A stretch of DNA of 32,000 nucleotides from Candidatus Saccharimonadota bacterium (GCF_008189525.1 NZ_CP043314.1:30001-62000); one strand, 5' to 3'. Numbered from the stretch's first letter, positions 8,217 to 17,838 are shown. A program made the numbers and translations. The notes: generated from the sequence alone by a model not told the origin.

Positions 8217-11200
8217 TTATTTTTTAGCAAGTGATTTCTTGGTAGGTTTAGATTTAGTATTCTTACATGATTTAGGAGTAATTGTTTTTCTTTTAAAAAA
8301 TACTGCTGGAGCTTTAAGTTTAAAATTAGGCCATGATTTCAAATATCCATCAATCTCCATTTTTATCCAAGTGGAAACTTTCTCACCATTTTTTAGTAGC
8401 GCTTCATATTTTATTTCCTTTATATTTCCTTTAGTTTGTGAAATATATTTATTTATCCATTTTAGCAAAGGAATGCTTCCATTTAGTATTTCTTTATTGT
8501 GCTTATTCCCGTTCTTAAACAGCAAGTTGTTCTCCTTAGATAAGGATAATAGCGTTTTCAAAGTTGTTGAGCTTAACGGGATTGTAAATGGATCACTCTG
8601 CAATGAATATTCCTGGGTGCCGAATATAAATTTAGAGTTAGATATATTTTCAATCATTGATTCACAGTTTCTACTCCTCATGGTGATTTTAATATTTGTA
8701 GCCTTACCTTTTGGATCAAAATAAGCTGCTACGAATTTTATAGATCTTTCCATGTTTTCTAGAAAATCTAGAGTATTTTTGCTTAAATTTAATTTCTCTG
8801 CATTTTGCTCATATTTAGTATTATTCTTAAATTCATTCCATTTATTGTGCAATTTTTCTGCACTGGCTTTATTATTTATGTAAGGAAAAGTACTTGCTTC
8901 TTTCTCCATATATTTCTTGAATTTGCTATACTCTAGTTCGAAGTTTTGTTTGTTCTTATCTTTACACTGTGTCTTTATATTTGAAAATACTTTTCCTCCA
9001 ATTAGTTCGAATATTTTGCTTTGATTTACTTTGCTTGTAGCATCTGAATCACAGTTTGGATTCTCAAAATAATTCATTCCATTTATGATTATCTCTTCTA
9101 TTTGTTTTATAACCGAGTCATCTCCTTTTTTATGCTTATCAACTTCTAATAGTATTTTGCTCCACTTTTCTACTATTTCTATTTGAGGTTCATAATCTAT
9201 TTCATGTATTTTCTTTATCATTTCTATAACTGGCTTAGCAAAGTTGCAAATTTTAATTAGTTCAGCTTGCTCTCTTTCTAATTTAGAAATAATTTTATCT
9301 TTGTTCATAAAGAAAAACTTCTTGTTTTTAAAATCTATATACAAATTAGCATTTTCCAACATTTTATCAATTCTAAACAGTGATTTGTAGCATTGATCCA
9401 TCAGCATTGTTTTAAGGATTTGGTACATATTATTATCATTTTCCTTAAGTGTAGACAGTATCTTGATCAGAGAATGAGTATTCGATTCTAGATTTTTCTT
9501 AACTATTTGCTCTGATTGGTTCGGAACGCTAGAAATAGTATCTGTAAGAATCTTAGCATCTTCTAGCTCTGTTTCTATGAATTTTATCAAATGTTCTAAC
9601 GCCATAGATTCTAATGTAGGTTTTAGTTTAGGTTTCTTCTGAAGCAGTCCAGAAGACATGAAGCTTTCGAACGAAGATATAGCATCTACTGTAGATCTTA
9701 TAATTACAGAATCCCAGGTTAATGTTTTATGAGCAGGAATATTTGTATTCAGTGTTTGGGTTTCTTTTTGCATAAACTGTTTTGCAGAAAGTATGTTTAG
9801 ATAACCCTGAAATTCTTCGAATTCTTTGGAAAGTTCTACTTTTCCTGATTTTGTCTGGATTATCTTTCCTACCACAGGAACTTTGTGATTCTCTAAGATC
9901 TTTTTCAGTTTTACAGATGAATCTTTAAGGCTTTCTGTAGTTTTCCTATGAGCTTTTTCTCCAAGTATAGAGCTATTCTTTAATCTAAATAACATGGAAG
10001 TGAATTTAGATCCGAAGTTTATATTATCTTGTAAAATCCATTTTAACTCTTGCCTATTAAAGTGGCTTATAAAGTTCTCTACAATCTCTTTTAGAACATG
10101 TATGTTATGGAATTTATTTTTATTATGTTCAATGCTCCATAGTGTGTTTTCTAACTTAGTTAAGTGAGGGTTCACATTTTCATATTCGAATGTATTTTTC
10201 AAAAATCTTTCAAGTAATTTGTTGAATATTAAGTTTATTTTATTCTCAAATTTAAACACAGATTCTATTTTTATATTTATATGATTTATTGCTTTTATGA
10301 AAACTTTCTTGTTGTCGAAAAATATTTTTTGTAATTTTATGTTGAATAATTTTTCCATTACATATGTTAGATCATCTATATTTTTCAAATATGGAAGTCT
10401 TTCAATTCTGTAATAAATATTTTCTATTTCAGAAATTTCTTTTACATAGCTATATAACCTAATTAGATCGACTGAATTTGTTGGATCGTAATAATCTGGG
10501 TTTGATTTGTTTACTTTCTTTAGTGGTCCATTAGAAAGTGATTTTAGCTTATAAGAAAATTTGCTTTGTAGCGGATCAAACAATACTTTTTCGAACAATT
10601 GGCCAAGGAATTTTTCTAGATTCTTACCTAACTTAGAATTCCATGATGCAGGGATTGATACAAATTTTAGATTTTTTGCATTTAACTTGCTCATAGTAAC
10701 TATTAATGAGTCGACTTGCTTGGAGAAATTCTCATCTTCAGATTCTGCATAAGTAAGGCTTCTCAATGACTTAGATTTCTTTAGTATTTCGTTTGCTGAA
10801 TCTATATTTGCCAAGAAATCTACCTGTATTTTTTTTATGTTGTGAATAAAGTGAATAAAGTTAAATATTGATAAAATACTTAACGCTATTAAAGATGCTT
10901 GTATAAACATAATTTTACGTTTCTTAGAGAAAGCAATTTTTTTAATACTATTTGTCAGATATTTCTCTTGGAATATCTTGTTTGTAAATAGGTTGGTAGA
11001 GAAGAATATTTTGTTAACAGCATGTCTCATGCAAACATTTTTTAGTTTCCCAAACTTAGATTCTCTAAGTGACTCATTTATTTGGCTCTGCGCTTTTGAA
11101 AATGAAGTGGCAGATCCAGTAAAGTAAATCCCTCTAATATTTAAATTGTCATGATATGAATTGGATTTTATGATGTAATTTAAGAAAGTTTCTATTTTTC

Positions 11201-12095
11201 TCTTTATTTTCATGAACTGAAATGGAAAAACATACAGTCCACTGTGATTTTGGTAATCTACGCTTCCAACAGTTAGTTTCTGACTAATATAATGTATCCT
11301 AGAAATAATTTCATCAAACATTTCATCAACAAATATTGTATTGTTGGAGGAAGAATTCGACCATCCAAATATTTCATTTTTATCTTTTTCAGGGATAGAA
11401 TTGCAAAAGTTACCAAATCCAGGTATGCAATCTGCATTTGTAAATACTATGTATATAGGAAAGCTTATTGATAAGTTCTTTTGCATTTGCCATATTTTTA
11501 TGTAGTATTCTTCGGCTGCTTTATATATATTCTCGTCAGAGGTTAATATATCTTTCAGAGAGACAGTGAGTACAGCTGAATCTATTGGAGAATCAGGCCT
11601 GTAGTAGTTAAGTAGGTTTAACGTATTATGCCATTTCAAATCTGTGTTTTCTGATGAGGATGAGAATATTTCTGAGCTAGTATCTAATATTATTCCTTGA
11701 TTGAAGAATGACCATGTACAAGTTTCTCCAATTATATCTTCAAATGGCTTCTCTGTCTCCAAGCTCTGTATTAATGAGGTTTTTCCAGAGCTTTGCTTTC
11801 CTATTAAAATTGTTAGAGGAAGTTTGTATTTAAAGTTTCTGCCACCTATAAATGATTTTAAGGTTTGCATCGCCTCTTCAAATGCCTCTTCATCCTTGTT
11901 GCTTTTTAGGCAGCTTCTTTCGAGGGTTATATTGAAAGAATCTAATAAGTAGTTCTTAGCTTTTTCTGCCATCTTTTTTATATTTGTAATACCAGGAAGG
12001 AATTTTAATATTAAGATTATAAGAATTGCTATTAATGCGTACAAAGCATATGTTACGTACTGTAGATCAATTTTGCTTATTTCGTTTAAAATCAT
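8217..12095 (-). CDS. tssM: TssM / IcmF-family inner-membrane NTPase (T6SS membrane-complex component)
   Basis: 1292 aa with an N-terminal TM helix, then Walker A GKQSSGKT (nt 11778-11801, checked codon by codon). It shows the IcmF cytoplasmic-domain pattern: CTWSFFNQGIILDTSS, RPDSPIDSAVLTVSLKDIL, FPIYIVFTNADCIPGFGNF, EIFGWS, VFPFQFMKIK, IRGIYFTGSA. A TM helix follows (IMFIQASLIALSILSIFNFIHFI), then a long diverged C-terminal domain. ATGA overlap with tssL. Confidence 0.85.
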   Translation of the reverse strand: MILNEISKIDLQYVTYALYALIAILIILILKFLPGITNIKKMAEKAKNYLLDSFNITLERSCLKSNKDEEAFEEAMQTLKSFIGGRNFKYKLPLTILIGKQSSGKTSLIQSLETEKPFEDIIGETCTWSFFNQGIILDTSSEIFSSSSENTDLKWHNTLNLLNYYRPDSPIDSAVLTVSLKDILTSDENIYKAAEEYYIKIWQMQKNLSISFPIYIVFTNADCIPGFGNFCNSIPEKDKNEIFGWSNSSSNNTIFVDEMFDEIISRIHYISQKLTVGSVDYQNHSGLYVFPFQFMKIKRKIETFLNYIIKSNSYHDNLNIRGIYFTGSATSFSKAQSQINESLRESKFGKLKNVCMRHAVNKIFFSTNLFTNKIFQEKYLTNSIKKIAFSKKRKIMFIQASLIALSILSIFNFIHFIHNIKKIQVDFLANIDSANEILKKSKSLRSLTYAESEDENFSKQVDSLIVTMSKLNAKNLKFVSIPASWNSKLGKNLEKFLGQLFEKVLFDPLQSKFSYKLKSLSNGPLKKVNKSNPDYYDPTNSVDLIRLYSYVKEISEIENIYYRIERLPYLKNIDDLTYVMEKLFNIKLQKIFFDNKKVFIKAINHINIKIESVFKFENKINLIFNKLLERFLKNTFEYENVNPHLTKLENTLWSIEHNKNKFHNIHVLKEIVENFISHFNRQELKWILQDNINFGSKFTSMLFRLKNSSILGEKAHRKTTESLKDSSVKLKKILENHKVPVVGKIIQTKSGKVELSKEFEEFQGYLNILSAKQFMQKETQTLNTNIPAHKTLTWDSVIIRSTVDAISSFESFMSSGLLQKKPKLKPTLESMALEHLIKFIETELEDAKILTDTISSVPNQSEQIVKKNLESNTHSLIKILSTLKENDNNMYQILKTMLMDQCYKSLFRIDKMLENANLYIDFKNKKFFFMNKDKIISKLEREQAELIKICNFAKPVIEMIKKIHEIDYEPQIEIVEKWSKILLEVDKHKKGDDSVIKQIEEIIINGMNYFENPNCDSDATSKVNQSKIFELIGGKVFSNIKTQCKDKNKQNFELEYSKFKKYMEKEASTFPYINNKASAEKLHNKWNEFKNNTKYEQNAEKLNLSKNTLDFLENMERSIKFVAAYFDPKGKATNIKITMRSRNCESMIENISNSKFIFGTQEYSLQSDPFTIPLSSTTLKTLLSLSKENNLLFKNGNKHNKEILNGSIPLLKWINKYISQTKGNIKEIKYEALLKNGEKVSTWIKMEIDGYLKSWPNFKLKAPAVFFKRKTITPKSCKNTKSKPTKKSLAKK

Positions 12096-12931
12096 GACTT
12101 GCTCCAGTTGAATGTGTTGTTTATAAGGTTAAGTTTTCGGTTATTTGCAGAGCATGAATTTTGGTCACTGCTTTCTTCTTTGTTTATTCGTGCGTTCATT
12201 ATCTTTTTTTTCATTAAATGCATTTCAGACGTTTTTGAAATTGCACTATTTATATCATGTGTGAAATAATTCCAGAGAATATAAGTCGACCCTATATATA
12301 TAAGAATTCCCATAGTCATTATAGATATAATTCTTCTTGTGTTTTTATAAGTGTTTCTAGGTCTTCCAATCATATTGTGTTTCTCAGCTTGAGGGAACAA
12401 ATGTTCATCAGACAGATAGTCATAGCTTGTTTTATTTACGAAATCAAATAGATCCTGCTTTAGCTTATGTATTGTTCCATTATCATTTATGCTTCTGTAC
12501 TGACCTCTAAAACCTGATCCAAGAAGAGTTATATAAATTGATCCTAACTCGTATTTGTTGTGTGAGTTTCGTTTTAGAAAGCTATTTATATTTTCAAATA
12601 TCTTTGACCCAGCATAATATGTGGAGAAGAATTTTTGTTCCATAAGAGATTTTTGCCATTCTTTCTTCTGGTTCCAATTTACATTGATAAAAATTTCATC
12701 AGCAAAAGCACAGCAAATGTAGCTATATTCTTCATATGCATTGCTCATTAAACTTCCCTCATTATCAAAAAGTTCCTTCTGATCTTTTAATAGTCGTATT
12801 AGTACATTTTTGATTTCTTCTTGATTTATTTTTTCTGGTTCTATTAAAGCCTGCTCTTTGAACTTTAGTACTTCTATATAATAATTTTGGAAGTGCTTTA
12901 ATAGAAAAGATCTAGCTATTAAATTAATCAT
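12092..12931 (-). CDS. tssL: TssL / DotU-family protein (T6SS membrane-complex component), no peptidoglycan-binding extension
   Basis: DotU signature: YEEYSYICCAFADEIFINVNWNQKKEWQKSLMEQKFFSTYYAGSKIFENI...ELGSIYITLLGSGFRGQYR, then a single C-terminal TM (IISIMTMGILIYIGSTYILWNYF). The track start is TTG at 12958. I prefer the ATG at 12931 (MINLIARS...), which follows AAGGA at suitable spacing. Confidence 0.8.
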   Translation of the reverse strand: MINLIARSFLLKHFQNYYIEVLKFKEQALIEPEKINQEEIKNVLIRLLKDQKELFDNEGSLMSNAYEEYSYICCAFADEIFINVNWNQKKEWQKSLMEQKFFSTYYAGSKIFENINSFLKRNSHNKYELGSIYITLLGSGFRGQYRSINDNGTIHKLKQDLFDFVNKTSYDYLSDEHLFPQAEKHNMIGRPRNTYKNTRRIISIMTMGILIYIGSTYILWNYFTHDINSAISKTSEMHLMKKKIMNARINKEESSDQNSCSANNRKLNLINNTFNWSKS

Positions 12932-13067
12932 TTCTATTCCTTTTAAACATTTGAACAAAAGATAGTTTTTAATTGTAAAAAAAGTATAAATTTTAGTGTA
13001 ATTTTTATTTGTTTTTATTATTTATTTTGTAGAAAATAAATATAAGCTGGGTTTTGTTTTAAGTTAA

Positions 13068-13158
13068 TGGCGGAAGGAGAGGGATTCGAACCCTCGATAC
13101 GGTGATTCCGTATACACACTTTCCAGGCGTGCGCCTTCAGCCGCTCGGCCACCCTTCC
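13068..13158 (-). tRNA. tRNA-Ser (anticodon GGA), long variable arm, CCA encoded
   Basis: The reverse complement is GGAAGGGTGGCCGAGCGGCTGAAGGCGCACGCCTGGAAAGTGTGTATACGGAATCACCGTATCGAGGGTTCGAATCCCTCTCCTTCCGCCA. The cloverleaf folds by hand, with anticodon loop CTGGAAA. Confidence 0.9.
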
Positions 13159-13167
13159 ATTAACAAA

Positions 13168-13241
13168 TCGGGGCGAGAGGATTTGAACCTCTGACCCCCT
13201 GCTCCCAAAGCAGATGCGCTGCCAGACTGCGCTACGCCCCG
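13168..13241 (-). tRNA. tRNA-Pro (anticodon UGG)
   Basis: The reverse complement is CGGGGCGTAGCGCAGTCTGGCAGCGCATCTGCTTTGGGAGCAGGGGGTCAGAGGTTCAAATCCTCTCGCCCCGA. It is 74 nt with anticodon loop TTTGGGA, and CCA is not encoded. Confidence 0.9.
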
Positions 13242-13415
13242 TAAGACTAATCTATAACAAATATTGTGAAACCACAATGAAAAACGGAACATTTTTTCTT
13301 GTATAAAGTTTTTTTTGAATGATTTATTGAAAAAAATGCATATTTATCTAAATAAATAATAAAAAGTTGGGTTTTTACTATTGCATAATATATACAATTT
13401 GGACTATTTTTAAGT

Positions 13416-13826
13416 GTGAAAATAAGATTCTTTGATAGTTACAAAAAAGGGATACTTTACGAGGTTTTCTCAATAATATATTTAAAGCTTAGAGGTTTTA
13501 AGATTTTAGCATGGAGATATAAAACTCCCGTGGGTGAAATAGATATAATAGCATTTAAGAAAAATACAGTATTTGCTTTTGAAGTGAAGTATAGGAAAGA
13601 AATGGAAAGCTGTGCATGGGTTGTAGCAGATTTGGTGCAGCAAAAAAGAATAGAAAAAGCGCTGTCATGGTTCTTAAATAGCAAAGAAGCAGAAAATAAA
13701 TTAAGTTATTATCATTTGTCTAAAAACAGAAAAAGTTTATCTAATAATTCATATATAAATAAGCTTAACCCAAAAATAGAGTATATTTTTTGGTACAAAG
13801 CATTTAGAATGTACAGAATATGTTAA
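13416..13826 (+). CDS. yraN: YraN-family (UPF0102) endonuclease-like protein
   Basis: GILYEVFSIIYLKLRGFKILAWRYKTPVGEIDIIAFKKNTVFAFEVKYR matches the YraN core (GEIDLIA....VFVEVK.R). GTG start, and a 7-nt overlap with rnhA. Confidence 0.7.
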   Translation: MKIRFFDSYKKGILYEVFSIIYLKLRGFKILAWRYKTPVGEIDIIAFKKNTVFAFEVKYRKEMESCAWVVADLVQQKRIEKALSWFLNSKEAENKLSYYHLSKNRKSLSNNSYINKLNPKIEYIFWYKAFRMYRIC

Positions 13827-14248
13827 TTACAGATGGATCTTGTTTAGGTAATCCAGGAAAAGGTGGCTGGGCTTTTATATTAAAGTTAGGTGATACAGTT
13901 ATATCCAAATCAGGGAACGAAAAACAAACAACTAATAATAGAATGGAATTAGTTGCCCTTATAAGAGGGTTAGAAGAATATATGAAAGTGTCGTCAAGCT
14001 CTGATTTAGAGGTGATTCTAGATAGTAATTATGTTCTAAAAGGGATTACAGATTGGATTAAAAACTGGAAAAAAAACGGTTGGAAAAATTCCCAGAAACA
14101 GGATGTTAAAAATAAAGATTTATGGCTTGAGTTAGATTCGTTTATGGATAAGTTAAATATTAAATTTACTTGGGTGAAAGGGCATAGTGGACATGAAATT
14201 CATGACAAAGTAGATGTTATGGCCAGAGAAGCTGCAAGTGAGCTGTAA
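13820..14248 (+). CDS. rnhA: ribonuclease HI
   Basis: TDGSCLGNPGKGGWAFIL, NNRMELVALI, DSNYVLKGITDWIKNWKKNGW, VKNKDLW and WVKGHSGH are classic RNase H1 motifs. Confidence 0.92.
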   Translation: MLITDGSCLGNPGKGGWAFILKLGDTVISKSGNEKQTTNNRMELVALIRGLEEYMKVSSSSDLEVILDSNYVLKGITDWIKNWKKNGWKNSQKQDVKNKDLWLELDSFMDKLNIKFTWVKGHSGHEIHDKVDVMAREAASEL

Positions 14249-14587
14249 TCCTATTTTAAGCGCATAGTGGAATTTTATTCTAAACATTAATTGCTCCTAT
14301 TTATAATTTTAATAAAAACGAAAATATGTATTTGGTTAAGTGATTAGAAACTAAAAATGTTTTTTATGTTTTATAATTTCTTTATGAATTTCCTTCTTTT
14401 ATAAAACGTTTGAAACCAATCTTTAATTAGAAAAAATATTATATACAAGTTTAATAGAAAATGATTTTGTAAACATACATAATATAATGTATTTATTTTT
14501 TGTTCAAAAAGCATAAAAATTCAACCATATTATAAAATGACATTTTTATAAATCAGACGATTAGGCAGGAATAATTGAGCTTACTTC

Positions 14588-14657
14588 ATGCAAAGAATTG
14601 TAATCAATAAAACGGTAAGGTTTTAGAATAAAAGCTTATCAATAGGAGTCATGCATA
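14588..14657. repeat. copy 1 of a ~70-bp repeated element, inverted relative to the copy at 19217-19289
   Basis: The reverse complement of 14588-14657 aligns by hand with 19217-19289 as tatgcat/[8-nt indel]/ttgataagcttttattctaaaaccttacc (29/29 identical)/[indel]/ttttatt/9 nt (4 of 9 match)/tctttgcat. Confidence 0.8.
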
Positions 14658-15147
14658 AACAAGTCATAACCTCTTAGAAGCATTTGGAATTGATGAAAAA
14701 CCTTAATGATACATAGTGATACATTAAGTTTTTTATAAGGATTGTTAATAGACTGTTTTGATTTATTTTTTCTTATTAGTTTTTAATTTCATTATTGCTT
14801 TATTTCTTCTTTATTTAATTTTTGCCTATTGGGTTAATGAACACTACTTTAGTTGCTCTGAGCTTACTTAAGGCCCTGCTTGCTTTTCTTGTAGGAAAGA
14901 ATTTAGAAGCTTTATTATTTGGCATATAGATTTAAATTTTTTTTTAAGATTTCGTGTAGTATTTTAAATGAAATACGGTTCCACAGAGGTGTATATTTAA
15001 TACAACTGTGATAAAGAAGAGTATTAAATATAAAACAAAGTTTAGAAATTTTATTAAATAAAAGCTAAAGAGAGGAATATATTTAGTCTTTATAGAACTC
15101 AAGCTGAAATTGCTGTTACATTCTATTAAGGTTAGTTTTAATTCTTA

Positions 15148-17556
15148 TTAAATTGCACCAAAGAAAAATAGCTTACCAAATCTTCCGACTTTTACTATAA
15201 ATGAGTAGTTTTCAGATAAAGAAATATTTGAATTTCTAAAATCTTCATTTTTCTCTATTTCTATCAATGTTCCATCAATAGCTTTAGCAGATATACTTGT
15301 TTCTGTTTCGCTAACAAATAAAACATATTTTAATTTGGTTTTTGATCTAGGTTTAGAGTGTATTATAGTTATCATTCTATCTACAGCATCTGATAATAAT
15401 TGCTTATTAATTCCATGTATTTTGATTTCATTTTGTTCTTTGTTTAATGTAAATCCTACAGATCCAGAGAAATTATCTGTTATTACAGCGTTCAGCTTTT
15501 GCAGAACATTAGATTTTAATTCTGAACTTAGTTTAATTAAGTGTGATTCTACAAAGTTAGGGTTTTTGCCATCAGCTTTTTTATTAGACTGACTATCCTT
15601 AGGATTGACTGACTTTTTCTGGTCTAAATCTTCAACAACAGAGCTTCTTTTTTTGTTATTATCTTTCTTTTTATTTCTAAAATCCTCTGCATCATCTTTT
15701 GGATTTTTATGCTTACCTGATTCTGTTAAAGATATATTGTCACTTTTTCTGTCTTTTTTAACATATTCGGATTTGTTGTTATTGTCAGATTGAGGTTGTG
15801 CCGAACTTTTTTCACTATCTTCTTTAGAGTATGATTTTTTACTTCTTCTTAGATTTTCACTTTCAGGTCTTTTAGTGTTAGGTTCACTTTCATCATCTTT
15901 TGGGTTTTTATGTTCATTTGACTTAGAATTAAAGTTTTTGCTAGAAACTTGTCTATTGTCAATTTCATGATCTGTTTTTACATTTTTACTAGATTCATTC
16001 TGTGGATAAAGATTCTTAATTATTTGAATTATTTCCTCTTGTCCAGCTATAAGTCCTGAGTTTAGATTTGAAACTGATATAGAGGATGGTTTTATATCTA
16101 ACTGTATAGAAGTAAATCCATTAACTGTTCCAGAGACTTTTAAGTCCATATCTCCTGCAAAATCCTCAAGCTCAGTAATGTCAGACAATATATAGCTTTC
16201 AAAACCATCTGATACCATTCCTATGGAAATTCCTGCTACAGGGTTTGTAATATTCACTCCAGCATCAGTCATTGCAAGATATGCTGAGCATAAACTTCCC
16301 ATAGAAGAGGATCCATCTGAAGAAATAACGTCGCAAACAACTCTCATAACTCTTTTATCACTTATTAAAGGCTTCAAAGATCTCTTTACTAAGTTTCCAT
16401 GCCCGATTTCTCGTCTAGTTACAGATAAGTTCCTCTTTACGCTTCCGCAGGCATGTGGTTCAAAAATATATTGAACCATAAACCTATCCCTGTAATTACC
16501 TTCAAGGCTTTCTACCATTTGATTGTCTTCTGGATTCCCAAATGTGATTTTTGAGAACACCTTAGTTTTACCTTTTGAGTACAAAGCATTCTTATCCACT
16601 GGAATTACATTTGTCATAACATTCATTTTTCTAGATTCTAGGAAAGATCTTCCATCTAATCTTTTTTTAGACCAGATAATATATTTTCTAATGATTTGTT
16701 TTACAGATTTGTTCCACTCATCACTTCCTATTGATTTGTTGTTCCAGTTTGATAGGAATTTTAGTTTCTCTCCAGATAAGTCTTGGTCGTTTTGTAAAAG
16801 AGATAAAATCTTTTTATGATCTACGACTGAATCTCTAGACTCAGACATAGGTGCTACTTGAGCTGCTTTTCTTTTTACAGAATAGATAGCTTCCAAAACT
16901 TCATTGTTTTTTCCAGAAAACTCTATGATTCCTTTTAGGATTTGTTTCCTAGATGCAGGTTCTCCATAGTAATCTACCATAGTAAGCCCATTTACATTTG
17001 AACAGAACAATAGCCCATTTTTTTCATTATTAGCTGACTTTTTCCATACTCCATCTTTAAAAGTTATTTTGCATGCTGAAATGGGTTCAAAAGGAACTCC
17101 AGATTCATAAAGAGCTGCAGAAGCTCCTATTGTAGCTAACTCTTCATTGGAGTTGTTCTTGTCATGACTCATAACTGTACAGAAGATCTGTATTTCGTAC
17201 TTAAAGGAAGGCGCTATGCAAGGTCTGATAGATCTATCTATGCTTCTAGAAATAAGCATATCAGATTCTTTTCTAGGTTCTTTTTTTATAAATCCGCCAG
17301 GTATTCTATTTGCTGAATAAGAACGCTCTTGGTAGTTTATTTGTAATGGAACAGAGGAAAATGCCTCATCCCAAGATCCAATGCAAACTTTACAAAGTAT
17401 AGCAGTATTGCCTTTTTTAACCAAAACAGAAGAATCAGACCTTGAATCAAAAGTAGAAAAATCTAAAGTTATTTTTTGATTTTCCTCTTCGTTTCTAAAT
17501 GTTATAATTTTATTTGTTTTGGGTTTTTGATTTAAATTTTCAGTTTGAAAGTGCAT
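15148..17556 (-). CDS. pnp: polyribonucleotide nucleotidyltransferase (PNPase) with a ~145-aa charged low-complexity insertion
   Basis: Both RNase PH domains are recognisable (YSANRIPGGFIKKE...SRSIDRSIRP; RLDGRS...; SSDGSSSMGSLCSAYLAMTDAGV; EDFAGDMDLKVSGT). A KH/S1-like C-terminus is present. Position is truB-rpsO-pnp, starting 3 nt after the rpsO stop. Confidence 0.9.
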   Translation of the reverse strand: MHFQTENLNQKPKTNKIITFRNEEENQKITLDFSTFDSRSDSSVLVKKGNTAILCKVCIGSWDEAFSSVPLQINYQERSYSANRIPGGFIKKEPRKESDMLISRSIDRSIRPCIAPSFKYEIQIFCTVMSHDKNNSNEELATIGASAALYESGVPFEPISACKITFKDGVWKKSANNEKNGLLFCSNVNGLTMVDYYGEPASRKQILKGIIEFSGKNNEVLEAIYSVKRKAAQVAPMSESRDSVVDHKKILSLLQNDQDLSGEKLKFLSNWNNKSIGSDEWNKSVKQIIRKYIIWSKKRLDGRSFLESRKMNVMTNVIPVDKNALYSKGKTKVFSKITFGNPEDNQMVESLEGNYRDRFMVQYIFEPHACGSVKRNLSVTRREIGHGNLVKRSLKPLISDKRVMRVVCDVISSDGSSSMGSLCSAYLAMTDAGVNITNPVAGISIGMVSDGFESYILSDITELEDFAGDMDLKVSGTVNGFTSIQLDIKPSSISVSNLNSGLIAGQEEIIQIIKNLYPQNESSKNVKTDHEIDNRQVSSKNFNSKSNEHKNPKDDESEPNTKRPESENLRRSKKSYSKEDSEKSSAQPQSDNNNKSEYVKKDRKSDNISLTESGKHKNPKDDAEDFRNKKKDNNKKRSSVVEDLDQKKSVNPKDSQSNKKADGKNPNFVESHLIKLSSELKSNVLQKLNAVITDNFSGSVGFTLNKEQNEIKIHGINKQLLSDAVDRMITIIHSKPRSKTKLKYVLFVSETETSISAKAIDGTLIEIEKNEDFRNSNISLSENYSFIVKVGRFGKLFFFGAI

Positions 17557-17559
17557 TCT

Positions 17560-17820
17560 TTAAGATCTTAATCCTAGTTTAGCAATTACTTTTTTATATT
17601 CCTCTGGATTATCAGATTTTAGGAATTTTTGTAATTTTTTCCTTTGAGAAACTTTTCTCATCAGTCCTCTCATGCTGTGTTTATCTTGCTTATTTGATTT
17701 CATATGATCACTAAGATGAAGTATATCATTAGTGAGAATTGCAATTTGTACACTAGAAGAGCCTGTATCTTTTTCACTTGCTCCGAATAATTCTATTATT
17801 TCTTTTTTTGTTTTTTTCAA
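17560..17820 (-). CDS. rpsO: 30S ribosomal protein S15
   Basis: GSSSVQIAILTNDILHLSDHMKSNKQDKHSMRGLMRKVSQRKKLQKFL is the S15 signature. The TTG start at 17818-17820 follows GGAGG with a 6-nt spacer. Confidence 0.92.
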   Translation of the reverse strand: MKKTKKEIIELFGASEKDTGSSSVQIAILTNDILHLSDHMKSNKQDKHSMRGLMRKVSQRKKLQKFLKSDNPEEYKKVIAKLGLRS

Positions 17821-17838
17821 ACAAAGCCTCCAACTATG

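Noticed and set aside
8203-8724. 173-aa + strand ORF at the 3' end of tssM
   Set aside because: It is entirely antisense to the well-supported TssM reading frame. Its sequence is hydrophobic and low-complexity, as expected from reading an AT-rich gene backwards, and it has no recognisable motif.
8217-12931. Reading the pair as IcmF/IcmH(DotU) of a Dot/Icm type IVB system rather than a T6SS
   Set aside because: This is not excluded, since DotU and IcmF families occur in both systems. The nearby DUF4280/PAAR-like gene and the absence of any dot/icm gene in the window make T6SS the better working label. It needs a genome-wide check.
12932-13241. tRNA-Pro/tRNA-Ser as the integration site of a tssL-tssM genomic island
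   Set aside because: There is no integrase. I also found no partial direct copy of either tRNA 3' end in the spacer beyond tssM (7837-8216). The composition of tssLM looks like the rest of the window.
14837-14929. 30-codon hydrophobic ORF as a real gene
   Set aside because: It is too short, has no convincing SD and matches no family. It is mentioned only as part of the spacer finding.
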